Virus record (IMG/VR): IMGVR_UViG_3300024259_000034
DNA: 59,774 nt
DNA from: a virus
Strand: one strand, 5' to 3'
The position numbers were made by a program, and so were the translations under genes. Under the pieces are notes generated by a model. That model was not told the origin of the DNA and made no database searches. It saw nothing but the letters and a program-made list of their open reading frames with translations. Shown here piece by piece: positions 26,622 through 36,404 of the stretch (within the stretch, counting starts at the first letter, position 1; every line of letters starts with the position of its first letter).

Positions 26622-27035
26622 TCATCTTTGCGAATCTAACATAGCAGAATCTAGCTCAAAATGTACCAGATCGTTGAACTTGTTATCGGAAACCTCCGTG
26701 TCCGAATCCCAATCTCCACCCCATCTGAGCTTAATTCCTAAATCACTGGCCTTCTGCATTACGCGACCGGCAAAATAATAAAACCTATGCAAATCATCCC
26801 AATCAACCGGCCACGGATGAGCATCAATCGCTTCACTCGGCAATTTGTTGTGCTTTCCGGACGGCCATTGGACTTTTGAATTTCCTTCACTAAACGCTTT
26901 ATTCTGATCAACTTCATTCCGATGACCGCAAGTAATTGAGCAGTCAAATTCTTCGATTACCTGATTAAATATCAATTTCAGAAGCGGATGTGCCGTTTCT
27001 AAATTCTTCCTGCTTTGTGGTCCGTATTTCGGCAT
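26622..27035 (-). CDS. peptidase M15 (VanY / L-Ala-D-Glu peptidase-like) cell-wall hydrolase
   Basis: SGKHNKLPSEAIDAHPWP...DLVHFEL gives an H..D...H zinc triad. The start MPKYGPQS forms a TAATG overlap. Confidence 0.7.
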   Translation of the reverse strand: MPKYGPQSRKNLETAHPLLKLIFNQVIEEFDCSITCGHRNEVDQNKAFSEGNSKVQWPSGKHNKLPSEAIDAHPWPVDWDDLHRFYYFAGRVMQKASDLGIKLRWGGDWDSDTEVSDNKFNDLVHFELDSAMLDSQR

Positions 27036-27310
27036 TACGACCTCGCTCCCTGAATCTGGATTCTGTGCTTCCTGGGAATATGAACGAAATCCAGAGCATA
27101 TCGTTTGCTCAGTTTCAGCAAGACCTCGAATAAGTCTGCTGGCGTAGTCTCTTCCTGAATGATATGCCCGAATAATCCACGTCCCCCAACAATCAGTTTT
27201 TTTACCGTTTCTTTGTCCTTCCCCTTCACTTTTATTTTTCCCGGCTGATTCCATTTGGCATCGATCCTGATGTCGCATTTATACGGTTGAGTAAATCTAG
27301 CGTGGATCAT
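27035..27310 (-). CDS. hypothetical protein
   Basis: 91-aa ORF with an ATGA overlap to the MuF gene. Confidence 0.5.
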   Translation of the reverse strand: MIHARFTQPYKCDIRIDAKWNQPGKIKVKGKDKETVKKLIVGGRGLFGHIIQEETTPADLFEVLLKLSKRYALDFVHIPRKHRIQIQGARS

Positions 27311-29010
27311 TTTTTCATAACTCCTATGGCGAAATCAAATAAGTCTGGCTCATCAAGAAGTAAATCAGCCATTCCTCGCTCAGAATGAAAAGCCTCTAAG
27401 GACATAGATACAACCTCTGTCGCAACATCCTCGCCTCTGGTCTGATAAACCCTGCCGATATATGGATCAAAGAAATCATCAGATACCGCAATCTCATCAA
27501 GACCGTAACTGCTATCTCCAGTTAAATCTCTCAACAGTTTCGGGTTTCCTTTAGCTCTATTATTCCGCCAGTGGAGGGCAGCCTGTCTTATGTCAATATC
27601 AACTTCCTCAACGACATGCGCCATTTCGTGAAATATTGCGTTCTTTTCTTGCAAATATCCGATATCGACTGTCGTGCCAGATGACTGCGCACGTTTTTCC
27701 ATCACATCGACGACCGTCGTTCTGGTTCCTTTGCCATTCGTCATCTTAATGAATTCTTCGATATTCCCCACGCTCTCATCAGTTACTACCGGAGAAATTC
27801 GACTTACTCTATGAAATTCGTCAAGCTGGTTTTCTGTCACACTCGTCCTTGTGACCATCTTATGTCTCAATTGTCCAATCGGCCTTTCAAGTTCAAACAG
27901 ATTAAAATCCCTTAATGATTCGTATTCCTGCAAATGAGATTCCCATAATCCTTCCAGTTTCGTTACTTCGTCTTTCAATGCTTGATATTGGACATTCCGT
28001 GGATTCATTCTAGCCAATCTGGCACTGGCCTGATCCATCTGAGATTTATATTTCTTGGCCAGTTTTAATTCCTTTTTCAAATCCTTTGCAGCTTTTCTTG
28101 CCTCATCCAACTGTTTCAGTAAATCAGGATCAATTTGCTGTTTTATAAACGCCTGTCCTCCAGCTTGGTAGCCTTCAAATCCCACTTGACCGGCAGTTAT
28201 TACCTCTGCGATTGGTTTAGGTTTAGTCGGCCTGGAAACAACCTTTTTACGTCGATATAAGACTGCACACCGACAATTGATGATATTCTTTGCCGATCCA
28301 TCAGGATCACCGGGGCGCATCAGAGCTTCATCCCAAACCAGAAATGCCTCTGCCTGTTCGCGCTTCTGCTTATTCGCTTTCAGATGTGGCTTCCGTGTCC
28401 GTTCGTTTATGGCAGAACTCCAAATCTTTAACATTGGGATCCCCGTTGCCTCAACCGATTTGTCGGTGGCGTAATTGTAAGCGCCATGCGTTTCAGTCCT
28501 GGCAATCATCTTCGCTCGATATGCAGTCGATATTCCACTGACCTCTCGAATCTTTTTGGCCATCTCTCTGGAGGAGAGCCCTTCATTAATTCCGCCTCTG
28601 ATGATCTTCTGGATATTCCGTTTCGTGGTTCCATTTATCTGCGTCACTTTGCCAGCGGTGTTGTCATTTATAAACCGAGCCATCGCACTCCAAAAGTCCT
28701 GTCCCATCGTCCGTTTTGATAACTCCGGAAGGATCTTTGCTTGCTCAATCAATTTTGCTGACTCATCTGCGCTGACTTGCATTACTCTCCGATAATGGAT
28801 CTCCAGCATTTTCTTCAAATCTGCTCCGTACTGATCGACAATATCATCTGTGTCAAATATGCCATTCTCAACTAATCTGGCCGATTCCCGAAACTGTCTC
28901 TTGATCAGGCGATCTGCCTTTTTCTGCAGCGATGCTCTCAACCTCAACCATAAGTTATCGAGGTATGCGTGGTATTGCTGCCGACCAGTTTCATTGGAAA
29001 TATCAATCAC
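27307..29010 (-). CDS. MuF / SPP1 gp7-like head morphogenesis protein with C-terminal HExxH metallopeptidase-like domain
   Basis: MuF core: ARTETHGAYNYA...RTRKPHL...NCRCAVLY. The ~300-aa C-terminal extension contains NAIFHEMAHVVEE. Confidence 0.75.
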   Translation of the reverse strand: MIDISNETGRQQYHAYLDNLWLRLRASLQKKADRLIKRQFRESARLVENGIFDTDDIVDQYGADLKKMLEIHYRRVMQVSADESAKLIEQAKILPELSKRTMGQDFWSAMARFINDNTAGKVTQINGTTKRNIQKIIRGGINEGLSSREMAKKIREVSGISTAYRAKMIARTETHGAYNYATDKSVEATGIPMLKIWSSAINERTRKPHLKANKQKREQAEAFLVWDEALMRPGDPDGSAKNIINCRCAVLYRRKKVVSRPTKPKPIAEVITAGQVGFEGYQAGGQAFIKQQIDPDLLKQLDEARKAAKDLKKELKLAKKYKSQMDQASARLARMNPRNVQYQALKDEVTKLEGLWESHLQEYESLRDFNLFELERPIGQLRHKMVTRTSVTENQLDEFHRVSRISPVVTDESVGNIEEFIKMTNGKGTRTTVVDVMEKRAQSSGTTVDIGYLQEKNAIFHEMAHVVEEVDIDIRQAALHWRNNRAKGNPKLLRDLTGDSSYGLDEIAVSDDFFDPYIGRVYQTRGEDVATEVVSMSLEAFHSERGMADLLLDEPDLFDFAIGVMKK

Positions 29011-29386
29011 TATTTGCCCAGATTAAAATTCCTTCAGTGCCTTTTTCATCAATTATAAACACCCAAGCCTCCATACTATCTGCTAATCTTTTCCTGTTAA
29101 CTCTCCAATACCAGCTACCATCTGACATTAAATGATTTATGAATTTGGAATCAGTCTTATTGATACCATCACAACACCAACCATTGTGAGGCCCATAATA
29201 AAACCAACCGTACAATGCTTTTTGGAGGAGCTTGTCAGCATCAGACAGATTATCTGCTTCATCAAAATACTGCACTCTGCCATTTGCTACAGGGTGTTTG
29301 CAAGCATATCCTCCTGACTGATTTGTGTACTCTTCACCATCATCAGACAATACGATAATGCCCATTCTTCCGTTCGTATCAATCAA
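29003..29386 (-). CDS. hypothetical protein inserted between the portal and MuF genes
   Basis: 127-aa Trp/Cys-rich ORF. Confidence 0.5.
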   Translation of the reverse strand: MIDTNGRMGIIVLSDDGEEYTNQSGGYACKHPVANGRVQYFDEADNLSDADKLLQKALYGWFYYGPHNGWCCDGINKTDSKFINHLMSDGSWYWRVNRKRLADSMEAWVFIIDEKGTEGILIWANSD

Positions 29387-30693
29387 TTTTTAAGCCCCAT
29401 AAGTTCTTCTGCATCTTCAGGTTTTACTCCGGCTTTATCAAGATCCTCGAATATCTCCTCCTCCTCATCGGCTTCATCTTCTTCCAGTTCAGTTCCCAAT
29501 GGAATCATACTAGCCTGTACCAAAACAACATCACCATCATCGATGGAATCAAGACCGACCATTTCCCTTTTTTCGTTGATCGTGAGGAATTCTGACTCCT
29601 GGGCTCTCTTCCATTTTTCAGTCTGCCTTGGCTCAAGTGCCGGAACACCGTCTAACACAAAATCGAGTGATATGGCATCCTCGTTCGTGAATAGCCAGTT
29701 ATTCAATTCATCCCTCATGTAACTGAGCATATAGAATACAATCTTCTCCCAAAATGACTGCTCCGCTGTTTCATAATTGGCAAAGGTAGAATCACCGATA
29801 ATCCCAATGATCTGCGATGGAGTAAAAAAGCCTCTCGCGATTTGCCTGGACTTCTCACGACCGCCTTGAATAAAATCTAACTCCTGCATATTGTAACCGT
29901 AAGGCTTTGCTTCACCATCACCTTCAATAATCAGACTCTTGCCAGCGTTTTCTGCTCCTGATTGGTTTTCCTTCAGATCCGCCTTGAATCGTTCGTACTG
30001 TTTGTCACCCAAAGCCTGTTTGAACATGAACAGCATTCCCGGTCTGGCTTCATTCTCCAGCAGCTTTTTGTTCCATTCCGTCGCTTCGTTTGCAGTGTCG
30101 ATATTTTTAGCAGATGCCTCAACCGGAGATGCCCCCATAATATCATTCGTCGGGTGAAACATTTTCAAATGCAGCAGATCACATTGGCCAGTGACAGGAT
30201 CGATTTTCCAAACCTTTTTCGCGACTCCTTCTTCGTTCAGCTCATATCCTAAAAGTTCCCCGGTGTCGTTATGGACAATCACCTTTATTCTGTCAGGACG
30301 AATAACTCCGATCTCTTTTGGAACTCCGGCATTATCTCCAGTGGTCGGCGATATCCTTTCAGGGAAAGTGTTCCCGGCAATCATAATATAAGATACTGTC
30401 TCCAATATCAGAGCTGACCAGCCTTGCTGCGGATTCGGTCTTTTCAAAAGTTTGTTGACCGGATGTTCTGTGTTGATCTCGCGAGTGCCATCCTCCTTCT
30501 CATTGTAAACTTTCCAAGGCACAGAAGCGCAAGCCATCGCGACCTCATTAACACACCGATACATATCAACGCTTTTCAGATAACCTTCATCGGCGAAATT
30601 CTGGTAATTCCTTTCCGGCCATCTGGCGGTCCCGGTATTCGGAATATTCACCGTTGTCGATTTTTTCCTGAACCAGTTTGTCCAAAATGCCAT
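29383..30693 (-). CDS. portal protein (HK97-type)
   Basis: ~436 aa with Phage_portal-like sequence and an acidic C-terminus. The ATG at 30693 lies behind GAGAGGGAAG. Confidence 0.85.
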   Translation of the reverse strand: MAFWTNWFRKKSTTVNIPNTGTARWPERNYQNFADEGYLKSVDMYRCVNEVAMACASVPWKVYNEKEDGTREINTEHPVNKLLKRPNPQQGWSALILETVSYIMIAGNTFPERISPTTGDNAGVPKEIGVIRPDRIKVIVHNDTGELLGYELNEEGVAKKVWKIDPVTGQCDLLHLKMFHPTNDIMGASPVEASAKNIDTANEATEWNKKLLENEARPGMLFMFKQALGDKQYERFKADLKENQSGAENAGKSLIIEGDGEAKPYGYNMQELDFIQGGREKSRQIARGFFTPSQIIGIIGDSTFANYETAEQSFWEKIVFYMLSYMRDELNNWLFTNEDAISLDFVLDGVPALEPRQTEKWKRAQESEFLTINEKREMVGLDSIDDGDVVLVQASMIPLGTELEEDEADEEEEIFEDLDKAGVKPEDAEELMGLKN

Positions 30694-30790
30694 CACTTCC
30701 CTCTCTTAATTGGCTTCATCCTGACTCTTTTTTTTCTTCTCAGAGCTTGCAAGACCGCAGCTCTCGTTCTCTTTCTTCACCAACCCATTT

Positions 30791-31042
30791 TCATCCTACA
30801 ATGAAATGCTTTACAAAATACCCAACTGCTCCACCAGCCAGACCTGTGACTCCAGAAAAAATAAGATATTGCTTGTTGACTTTATCCTTCAGTTTTTCGA
30901 TCCCGACACCCAATATACGAATATCTCCAGACATCTTCGTTTGGGTTTCCTTTATGGCTGAGACAGTTCCCTCAATAGTTCCCATCGATCTCATCAATTC
31001 TGGGTGTGCCGAACAAGGACCATCATGCATCGATTCCATCAC
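30791..31042 (-). CDS. hypothetical protein with C-terminal TM helix
   Basis: 83-aa ORF with the hydrophobic segment LIFSGVTGLAGGAVGYFV. Confidence 0.5.
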   Translation of the reverse strand: MMESMHDGPCSAHPELMRSMGTIEGTVSAIKETQTKMSGDIRILGVGIEKLKDKVNKQYLIFSGVTGLAGGAVGYFVKHFIVG

Positions 31043-31233
31043 TCCTCTCCATGCTTAAAGTGCTTAACAATCGGGCTTAACTGTAAGGCATCTGCCAACT
31101 GTGTTGCCCCTGAATCCCTGATAAACTGAATCGCGACATCATCAAAGGATTTATGAATTGCTTCGGTATCGCCTTTATGTCTTATCTGGGCATCCATCAA
31201 TCTTTTAAGCCCATCTTGCTCCAACGCATCCAT
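31039..31233 (-). CDS. hypothetical protein
   Basis: 64-aa ORF in the same-strand array. Confidence 0.45.
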   Translation of the reverse strand: MDALEQDGLKRLMDAQIRHKGDTEAIHKSFDDVAIQFIRDSGATQLADALQLSPIVKHFKHGEE

Positions 31234-31242
31234 CGTTTACTC

Positions 31243-31914
31243 CTAATAGATGTATTCGTGAATCCCATGATAAAAATCAAGCCAGGATGTGTTCTGGGTA
31301 TCTGCCCAACATCTAACCCATGCTTTCGTTCCTTTGTTTGATCTCCGATCCAGGAATTCAATTGGCGCTGCAGTAGCAAGACCGCCACCAGTTAGGAATC
31401 CAAACTCAGTCATTTCTTCTGCAGCAACCTTGTCGGGAAGATCGGCATACTCACCAGTAGCAACCTGCAGGAAATGATCTTGGGCATTGTTCTCATGATC
31501 AACCACCAAAAACTTATGGAAATCAAACTTATTATTCACCGCCTCAACTGGAGTGTCAGATGATCCAAGTATCTGAAGCCAATCGCCCCATTTATCATTC
31601 CCGGCATCAACTCGAAATGGATCTGGTAACAAAGTGATTCTGTCAGCCACATGGGTTTCACCAACAGCAACAGCAGCAGCTCCAAACCATTTTTCTCTGT
31701 TGTGTAAGTGCCTCTCAATTTCATAGATCGACTTGGCGGTTTTATCTCCATAAACTTCCATGTCGTCATTGAAACCAGTATCAAAAGCAGCCAGACCAGT
31801 TTTATTCAACAGGCGTTTTATCCAACCCATTGTCGTATCGTCTGGATGCCTATCAGTCGGCCCACCAAGTACAGGCTTTGCTCCGAAGATATTGCCGTCT
31901 TTTGTGTCTATCAT
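31243..31914 (-). CDS. hypothetical protein (possible virion protein)
   Basis: 223-aa ORF. Confidence 0.55.
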   Translation of the reverse strand: MIDTKDGNIFGAKPVLGGPTDRHPDDTTMGWIKRLLNKTGLAAFDTGFNDDMEVYGDKTAKSIYEIERHLHNREKWFGAAAVAVGETHVADRITLLPDPFRVDAGNDKWGDWLQILGSSDTPVEAVNNKFDFHKFLVVDHENNAQDHFLQVATGEYADLPDKVAAEEMTEFGFLTGGGLATAAPIEFLDRRSNKGTKAWVRCWADTQNTSWLDFYHGIHEYIY

Positions 31915-31920
31915 TTTACC

Positions 31921-32103
31921 TCAGATGACAGCTCTGAAATACTGTCCTTGAATTATGAATAGAGATTTGCCAATCAGTTTGCCTCCGGACCTCATCTCTT
32001 TCGATTTCGCCAATGTCCCGAATATATTGCCATGCACCCCCGTTTTTCTTCGTTTCGCGGTAAACGCATTGCTATATCCTAAACCGTATTCTCCGACTCT
32101 CAT
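31921..32103 (-). CDS. small hypothetical protein
   Basis: Start trimmed to MRVGEYG, which forms a TAATG overlap with the upstream stop. Confidence 0.35.
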   Translation of the reverse strand: MRVGEYGLGYSNAFTAKRRKTGVHGNIFGTLAKSKEMRSGGKLIGKSLFIIQGQYFRAVI

Positions 32104-32531
32104 TAGCTGGTCCCGAGCCTGACTGTGCAGCAACCTCCACTATAATCGCCAGACTTAACTCCAAGACGATATTCGGCGGTTTCCGGATCTGCTGTTGCAG
32201 TAATACTCTCAGATCCTCCCTCATCTGCTGAAGCGGAATCGATTGTCCATTCAGCGACAGTTCGCCAATGGAAATCCGTATCCTCCTCCGGCATTCTTCT
32301 TTGTAGTGTGATTGTTCCCGAAAATACTGATCCCAACGCTGAAACTGCTCCGTAGGAATAGTAATCGGCTAGACCCGACAGGATATCGGATATAGCATCG
32401 CCGACTCTGATGCCGACGTTTAGGTGTTGATGACCTTGGACGGCTATCACCGACGTATAGCTGATATGTGCTGTAACCAGCAACTGTGCAGCTTTACTGC
32501 CGTCACCAATGACAAAAATCTCAGTTCCCAT
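32103..32531 (-). CDS. hypothetical protein (first gene after the glycosylation operon terminator)
   Basis: 142-aa ORF behind the RBS AAGAGGGAG, with a Ser/Thr/Asp-rich C-terminal half. Confidence 0.55.
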   Translation of the reverse strand: MGTEIFVIGDGSKAAQLLVTAHISYTSVIAVQGHQHLNVGIRVGDAISDILSGLADYYSYGAVSALGSVFSGTITLQRRMPEEDTDFHWRTVAEWTIDSASADEGGSESITATADPETAEYRLGVKSGDYSGGCCTVRLGTS

Positions 32532-32573
32532 AGTGACTCCCTCTTATGATTTAAACATCATAATAGACAGCCC

Positions 32574-32611
32574 AAAAAAAAAGTCAAACCCGGTTTTTCA
32601 TGGATTTGACT
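32574..32611 (-). terminator. intrinsic terminator after the Maf gene
   Basis: The minus strand reads AGTCAAA-16 nt-TTTGACT followed by T9. Confidence 0.6.
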
Positions 32612-32727
32612 CGTATTCTATGGATTTTGCTCTGTTTTTAGTAAATAGCCCAACCTTTTGCTGAAGTGCTATTTACTTTTTGATATATTTAGCTGTTTTT
32701 CCCTCCTGCAACAAAAGTTGATCCAGA

Positions 32728-35430
32728 TCAAGTTTTCTTCACTCTCATAATTGATTTCAGCCGATTCGCCTTCGATAAAGCGTCTGCGCTCTTCTCTTTC
32801 TGGCCATCTTCCTCATAATATTCGGCCAGCCTTCTCCATGCTACTTCATCGACTTTGAATTCTTCGACATAAATCTCTAACGCAGTGATCGCTTCATTCA
32901 ACAAACCAGCCTTATGATACAACCTTCCCAACGGCTTCAGGAAGAAATTGAACTCATCTGTCTTTGTCATGACCTCCTTGAAGATCACGAACGCTTTGTC
33001 GGTATCTCCAGTGCTGAGAAGGACAGTAGCATATTCCATTTTGTATTTAACCTCATCCGGAAACTGCTCAAGCAATTTGTCGTACATTTTCAGCGATTCT
33101 TTATCTCTTTTCACATGCCAGTATGCAGTCGCTAATCCCCACAGTGCCTCCGGTTTATCCGGTTTCAATTCATGGGCTTCCTCAAGCAATTTGACAGACT
33201 CCTCAAAACTCTTATCCTCTCTGCCTATTTTCTGGGACTCTTCGATTAGGTTCAGATACTTTATCATATCATCGCCTGTCTCCTTATCCCTTATTTCATA
33301 TTCTTTCTCTGCGTCGAGTATTGCCCTACCCCGCATTGCCAATGCTTCACTTTTAACCTCGATTGCACGGTCAATATCGCTGATACTAAAGTCTGTCAAT
33401 GGACGAGTATTCAAAACTTTCTTAGCATCCAGCAGCGGTCTGGCAAAATTCCCGGCATCAAAATAGGTTTGAGAATCCCGGAAGTGCAGTTCCTCAACCT
33501 CATACTGATGAGGGATTCCATTCTGCATTTTCTCCAGCGTTTTCAGCGTCTCCTCGTAAGTCTTTTTTAGGGACTTTGACACCTTTATCGCTTCCTCAAG
33601 GATCATCTTCGACCGATTCTGCCTGATCTTCAGATTCTTCTTTCCCTTTTTGGATAACAGAAATTCAGTATCTGACCTCACATTATGCGCTCTCAGTTCA
33701 ATTTCTCTGGACTTCTTGAATAGCCCCAACCTGACAAGCGGATTCTTATTCGCAGCTTTGTGTGCAGCATCAGTCAAGTCAAATGCCTCCTTCATTCTGA
33801 CAGCCAGTTCTGGCATAACAGCTTTAACCACTTCCTCTGACTTTGCTACTGCCTCTGCTGATTTCTCGATAATAAAATCCAGGTTATCAATATCTTCCTT
33901 CACCATCGGGATCGCCTGATCAACCAGATCATCTCCATCCGGTCGTTCTGTTAACAGCGGTTCAATCACAGTCTTATCAATCGGATCTCCCATATGCTCC
34001 TTTATCGCTTTTTTCAGGGACATCTGATCAATATGCTTCATCTTGGCTCCACCTTCCGTGGCATTAATCAAAGTCCTCTCATCTTTGTAACGTGCAAATA
34101 GATGCTCGAAATTCGTAATGAAGGTGAGCAGCCCAATATTGGTCATCACCAGATCACCATAATAGCCAGGAACATTTTGCATCAATCCCATGCTGTGATC
34201 CTGCGAGATCAGGCTTTTACTTCGTGGATCTTTCACGTTCCACCTGATTTCACCTTCCTTGGTTACACTAACATCTCCTCCGGAGTCAGCTTGCGCGATA
34301 TGGGACTTCTCTCCGTCGTATGCTAAATCCTGACCGATGATAATAATCGGATCGCAACCCATAGCAATCGCAGTTCCGAATATCATGTGAGAAACCGAAC
34401 CACCCTGATCGAGCGAACCTCTATCCTGCGTCAATCCGAATACCGTTCCTTCAGTGCCAGGATTCCATGAAACTGTAACAAATTTTGGTCCCTGCCATTC
34501 CTTCAAAAGCGGGGCATAAGATCGGTTCAAAGCAATCAGCGGAACGTCGCTATCCATCAGGCCCAGATAATGAGAATGATTCACTATCCCGAAATCGACT
34601 GAGCAAATGAAATCCGGACGGATATCGTAAGACAGCAAAACTCTCAGTGCCTGTCCAACCGCGATAATGACGAATCTCTTCTGAACCTCTTTGTCCATCA
34701 GCAAATGGATATTCTTAAACAGGGACGGACCAGTGCTGACCAGGATTGCCGGCTTCTTCTCAAATAGGTTTTGCAGCTCTGCAACTCCTCTGTGCTTTAT
34801 AACGTATGGCAGTGTCGCCATGTCATTATCAGCGATCTGTCCTCCAGCACTTTCGACTGTTCCGGTATTGCATTTCAACTGCGATATGGTGTCCAAAGCC
34901 ATCTTCGTGATGTCATAATAAACATCCTGCATTCTCGTGTAATCCTCACGGAAAACAAACTGCTGCTCAAGCATTTTGCTTTGCTCCATCCTCGACAGGA
35001 TATAGATCACATCCTCAATCGTTGGAGTGAAGATCAACCGATGCTCTTTGATGTGCTTATCGAATTTGCTCAGACTGAGCCCTTCTTTAATAATCCCGGC
35101 AACTGGCTCAATCACTATCACCTTATGTTGTTTGTCGCACTTCTTCAGAATCTCATAGGTCAGATACCCACAACCGAATCCAATAACAATCGAGATTGAA
35201 TTCTTGTGGAAATCCGAAATCTTCGCGATCCCTCGTGGAATCTCCTTCGGGTTGCTCATATCGTAAACAGATATCGGAGCTTGAGAAGTCTGGACAATCA
35301 TATTGCTGATCCCTTTCTCGTTCCGATGGACTTTGTACCAATCAACTGGCTCCTGCTTTTCGATCCAGGCATGTTGTTCCGGAACAGTTTCCTTAATCGC
35401 CCTCATATTGATCAACAGCTTTTTCGTCAT
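32728..35430 (-). CDS. maf: Maf-type (motility-associated factor, DUF115/MAF_flag10) nonulosonic-acid protein glycosyltransferase with C-terminal TPR repeats
   Basis: 900 aa. Core motifs: KKPAILVSTGPSLFKN...IIAVGQALRVLLSYDIRPDFICSVDFG...GGSVSHMIFGTAIAMGCDPIIIIGQDLAY...NATEGGAKM. The C-terminal ~200 aa are TPR-like. ATGA overlap with the upstream GNAT gene. Confidence 0.75.
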   Translation of the reverse strand: MTKKLLINMRAIKETVPEQHAWIEKQEPVDWYKVHRNEKGISNMIVQTSQAPISVYDMSNPKEIPRGIAKISDFHKNSISIVIGFGCGYLTYEILKKCDKQHKVIVIEPVAGIIKEGLSLSKFDKHIKEHRLIFTPTIEDVIYILSRMEQSKMLEQQFVFREDYTRMQDVYYDITKMALDTISQLKCNTGTVESAGGQIADNDMATLPYVIKHRGVAELQNLFEKKPAILVSTGPSLFKNIHLLMDKEVQKRFVIIAVGQALRVLLSYDIRPDFICSVDFGIVNHSHYLGLMDSDVPLIALNRSYAPLLKEWQGPKFVTVSWNPGTEGTVFGLTQDRGSLDQGGSVSHMIFGTAIAMGCDPIIIIGQDLAYDGEKSHIAQADSGGDVSVTKEGEIRWNVKDPRSKSLISQDHSMGLMQNVPGYYGDLVMTNIGLLTFITNFEHLFARYKDERTLINATEGGAKMKHIDQMSLKKAIKEHMGDPIDKTVIEPLLTERPDGDDLVDQAIPMVKEDIDNLDFIIEKSAEAVAKSEEVVKAVMPELAVRMKEAFDLTDAAHKAANKNPLVRLGLFKKSREIELRAHNVRSDTEFLLSKKGKKNLKIRQNRSKMILEEAIKVSKSLKKTYEETLKTLEKMQNGIPHQYEVEELHFRDSQTYFDAGNFARPLLDAKKVLNTRPLTDFSISDIDRAIEVKSEALAMRGRAILDAEKEYEIRDKETGDDMIKYLNLIEESQKIGREDKSFEESVKLLEEAHELKPDKPEALWGLATAYWHVKRDKESLKMYDKLLEQFPDEVKYKMEYATVLLSTGDTDKAFVIFKEVMTKTDEFNFFLKPLGRLYHKAGLLNEAITALEIYVEEFKVDEVAWRRLAEYYEEDGQKEKSADALSKANRLKSIMRVKKT

Positions 35431-35984
35431 AACAACTCCTCCGGTATCATTCCATGCAGTTTGTACCATCTTCTCTCAAGGATGGCGTATCGGTAAACGT
35501 CCTCAAAATGACCGTCCAAAAATACTTCCTGTTTCAGGACTCCTTCTCTCAACATTCCGACCTTCTCAGCAACTTTGGCCATACCCTTATTGCCTTTGGC
35601 AGTCCCAAGCCAGATTTTGTTCAGGCCGAGCTTATAGAATCCATGGTAAAAAAGCAGTCTAATAGCAGCAGTAGCCAGTCCTTTTGCCCAATATTGTTTA
35701 TCGAATATACAGGTAAATTCAGCACTCCGATTTAACCATGAGATGTCCTGTAACATCACTGAACCAGCTAATGATGGCCTTGCTGGAGTTATTTTCCAGA
35801 CCGACCATAGAATATTCCCTTTTGGGTCCGCTTTCTCAAACCTGATTTTCGAGAACAGTCCATGAGAATTGTACTTGCAAATCTCCTGATCGAAAAACCA
35901 AATCTCGCTCATCTCTCTGGCGATATCATCCATTGGCCGGATTTGAACATCCTCGGTTTCGTAGATTACGATTTCTTCAGCCAT
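35427..35984 (-). CDS. GNAT N-acetyltransferase (PseH/RimL-like)
   Basis: 185 aa with YWAKGLATAAIRLLFYHGF, the acetyl-CoA binding motif A. Confidence 0.7.
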   Translation of the reverse strand: MAEEIVIYETEDVQIRPMDDIAREMSEIWFFDQEICKYNSHGLFSKIRFEKADPKGNILWSVWKITPARPSLAGSVMLQDISWLNRSAEFTCIFDKQYWAKGLATAAIRLLFYHGFYKLGLNKIWLGTAKGNKGMAKVAEKVGMLREGVLKQEVFLDGHFEDVYRYAILERRWYKLHGMIPEELL

Positions 35985-36204
35985 CTATCATCTCATGAAA
36001 TTTTAACTCGAATGGAATCTTTTGCCCATGTCGCTTCCGCATTTGCTGTCCAATTAATTCTTCAGCACCTTTATCGAGAATCAAATCTCTTTCAAACATC
36101 TCTACCAAGCAGTCAACCAAGACTTCGGGAGTTATTCTCTCATCTTCATCTCCACCACAATGCTTTTCCCAAATGTACCTTATGATCGGTTCAACCTCGC
36201 TCAT
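35977..36204 (-). CDS. hypothetical protein
   Basis: 75-aa ORF within the operon. Confidence 0.45.
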   Translation of the reverse strand: MSEVEPIIRYIWEKHCGGDEDERITPEVLVDCLVEMFERDLILDKGAEELIGQQMRKRHGQKIPFELKFHEMIDG

Positions 36205-36404
36205 AATTTCTCCGGTGTTTCATCCAAACAAATAACCTTAAACAAATCACGTTCCCAATTTCTCAACTGGATAGTGACCTCTTTCAGCTTATCCTTATCA
36301 ATTACACTTGAGCTATCAGCCACTATATCACGGAGCAAATTCAAAGCTGCAGACACCTTTACCCTATCAGAGACATCGGTATATTCCTGCTCCGTCATAC
36401 TCAT
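36201..36404 (-). CDS. hypothetical protein
   Basis: 67-aa ORF within the operon. Confidence 0.45.
   Translation of the reverse strand: MSMTEQEYTDVSDRVKVSAALNLLRDIVADSSSVIDKDKLKEVTIQLRNWERDLFKVICLDETPEKL

Noticed and set aside
30730-30775. A hairpin (GAGCTGC/GCAAGCTC) upstream of the portal gene as a possible terminator.
   Set aside because: On the minus strand it is followed by an A-run, not a T-run, and the stem is bulged. I did not call it.
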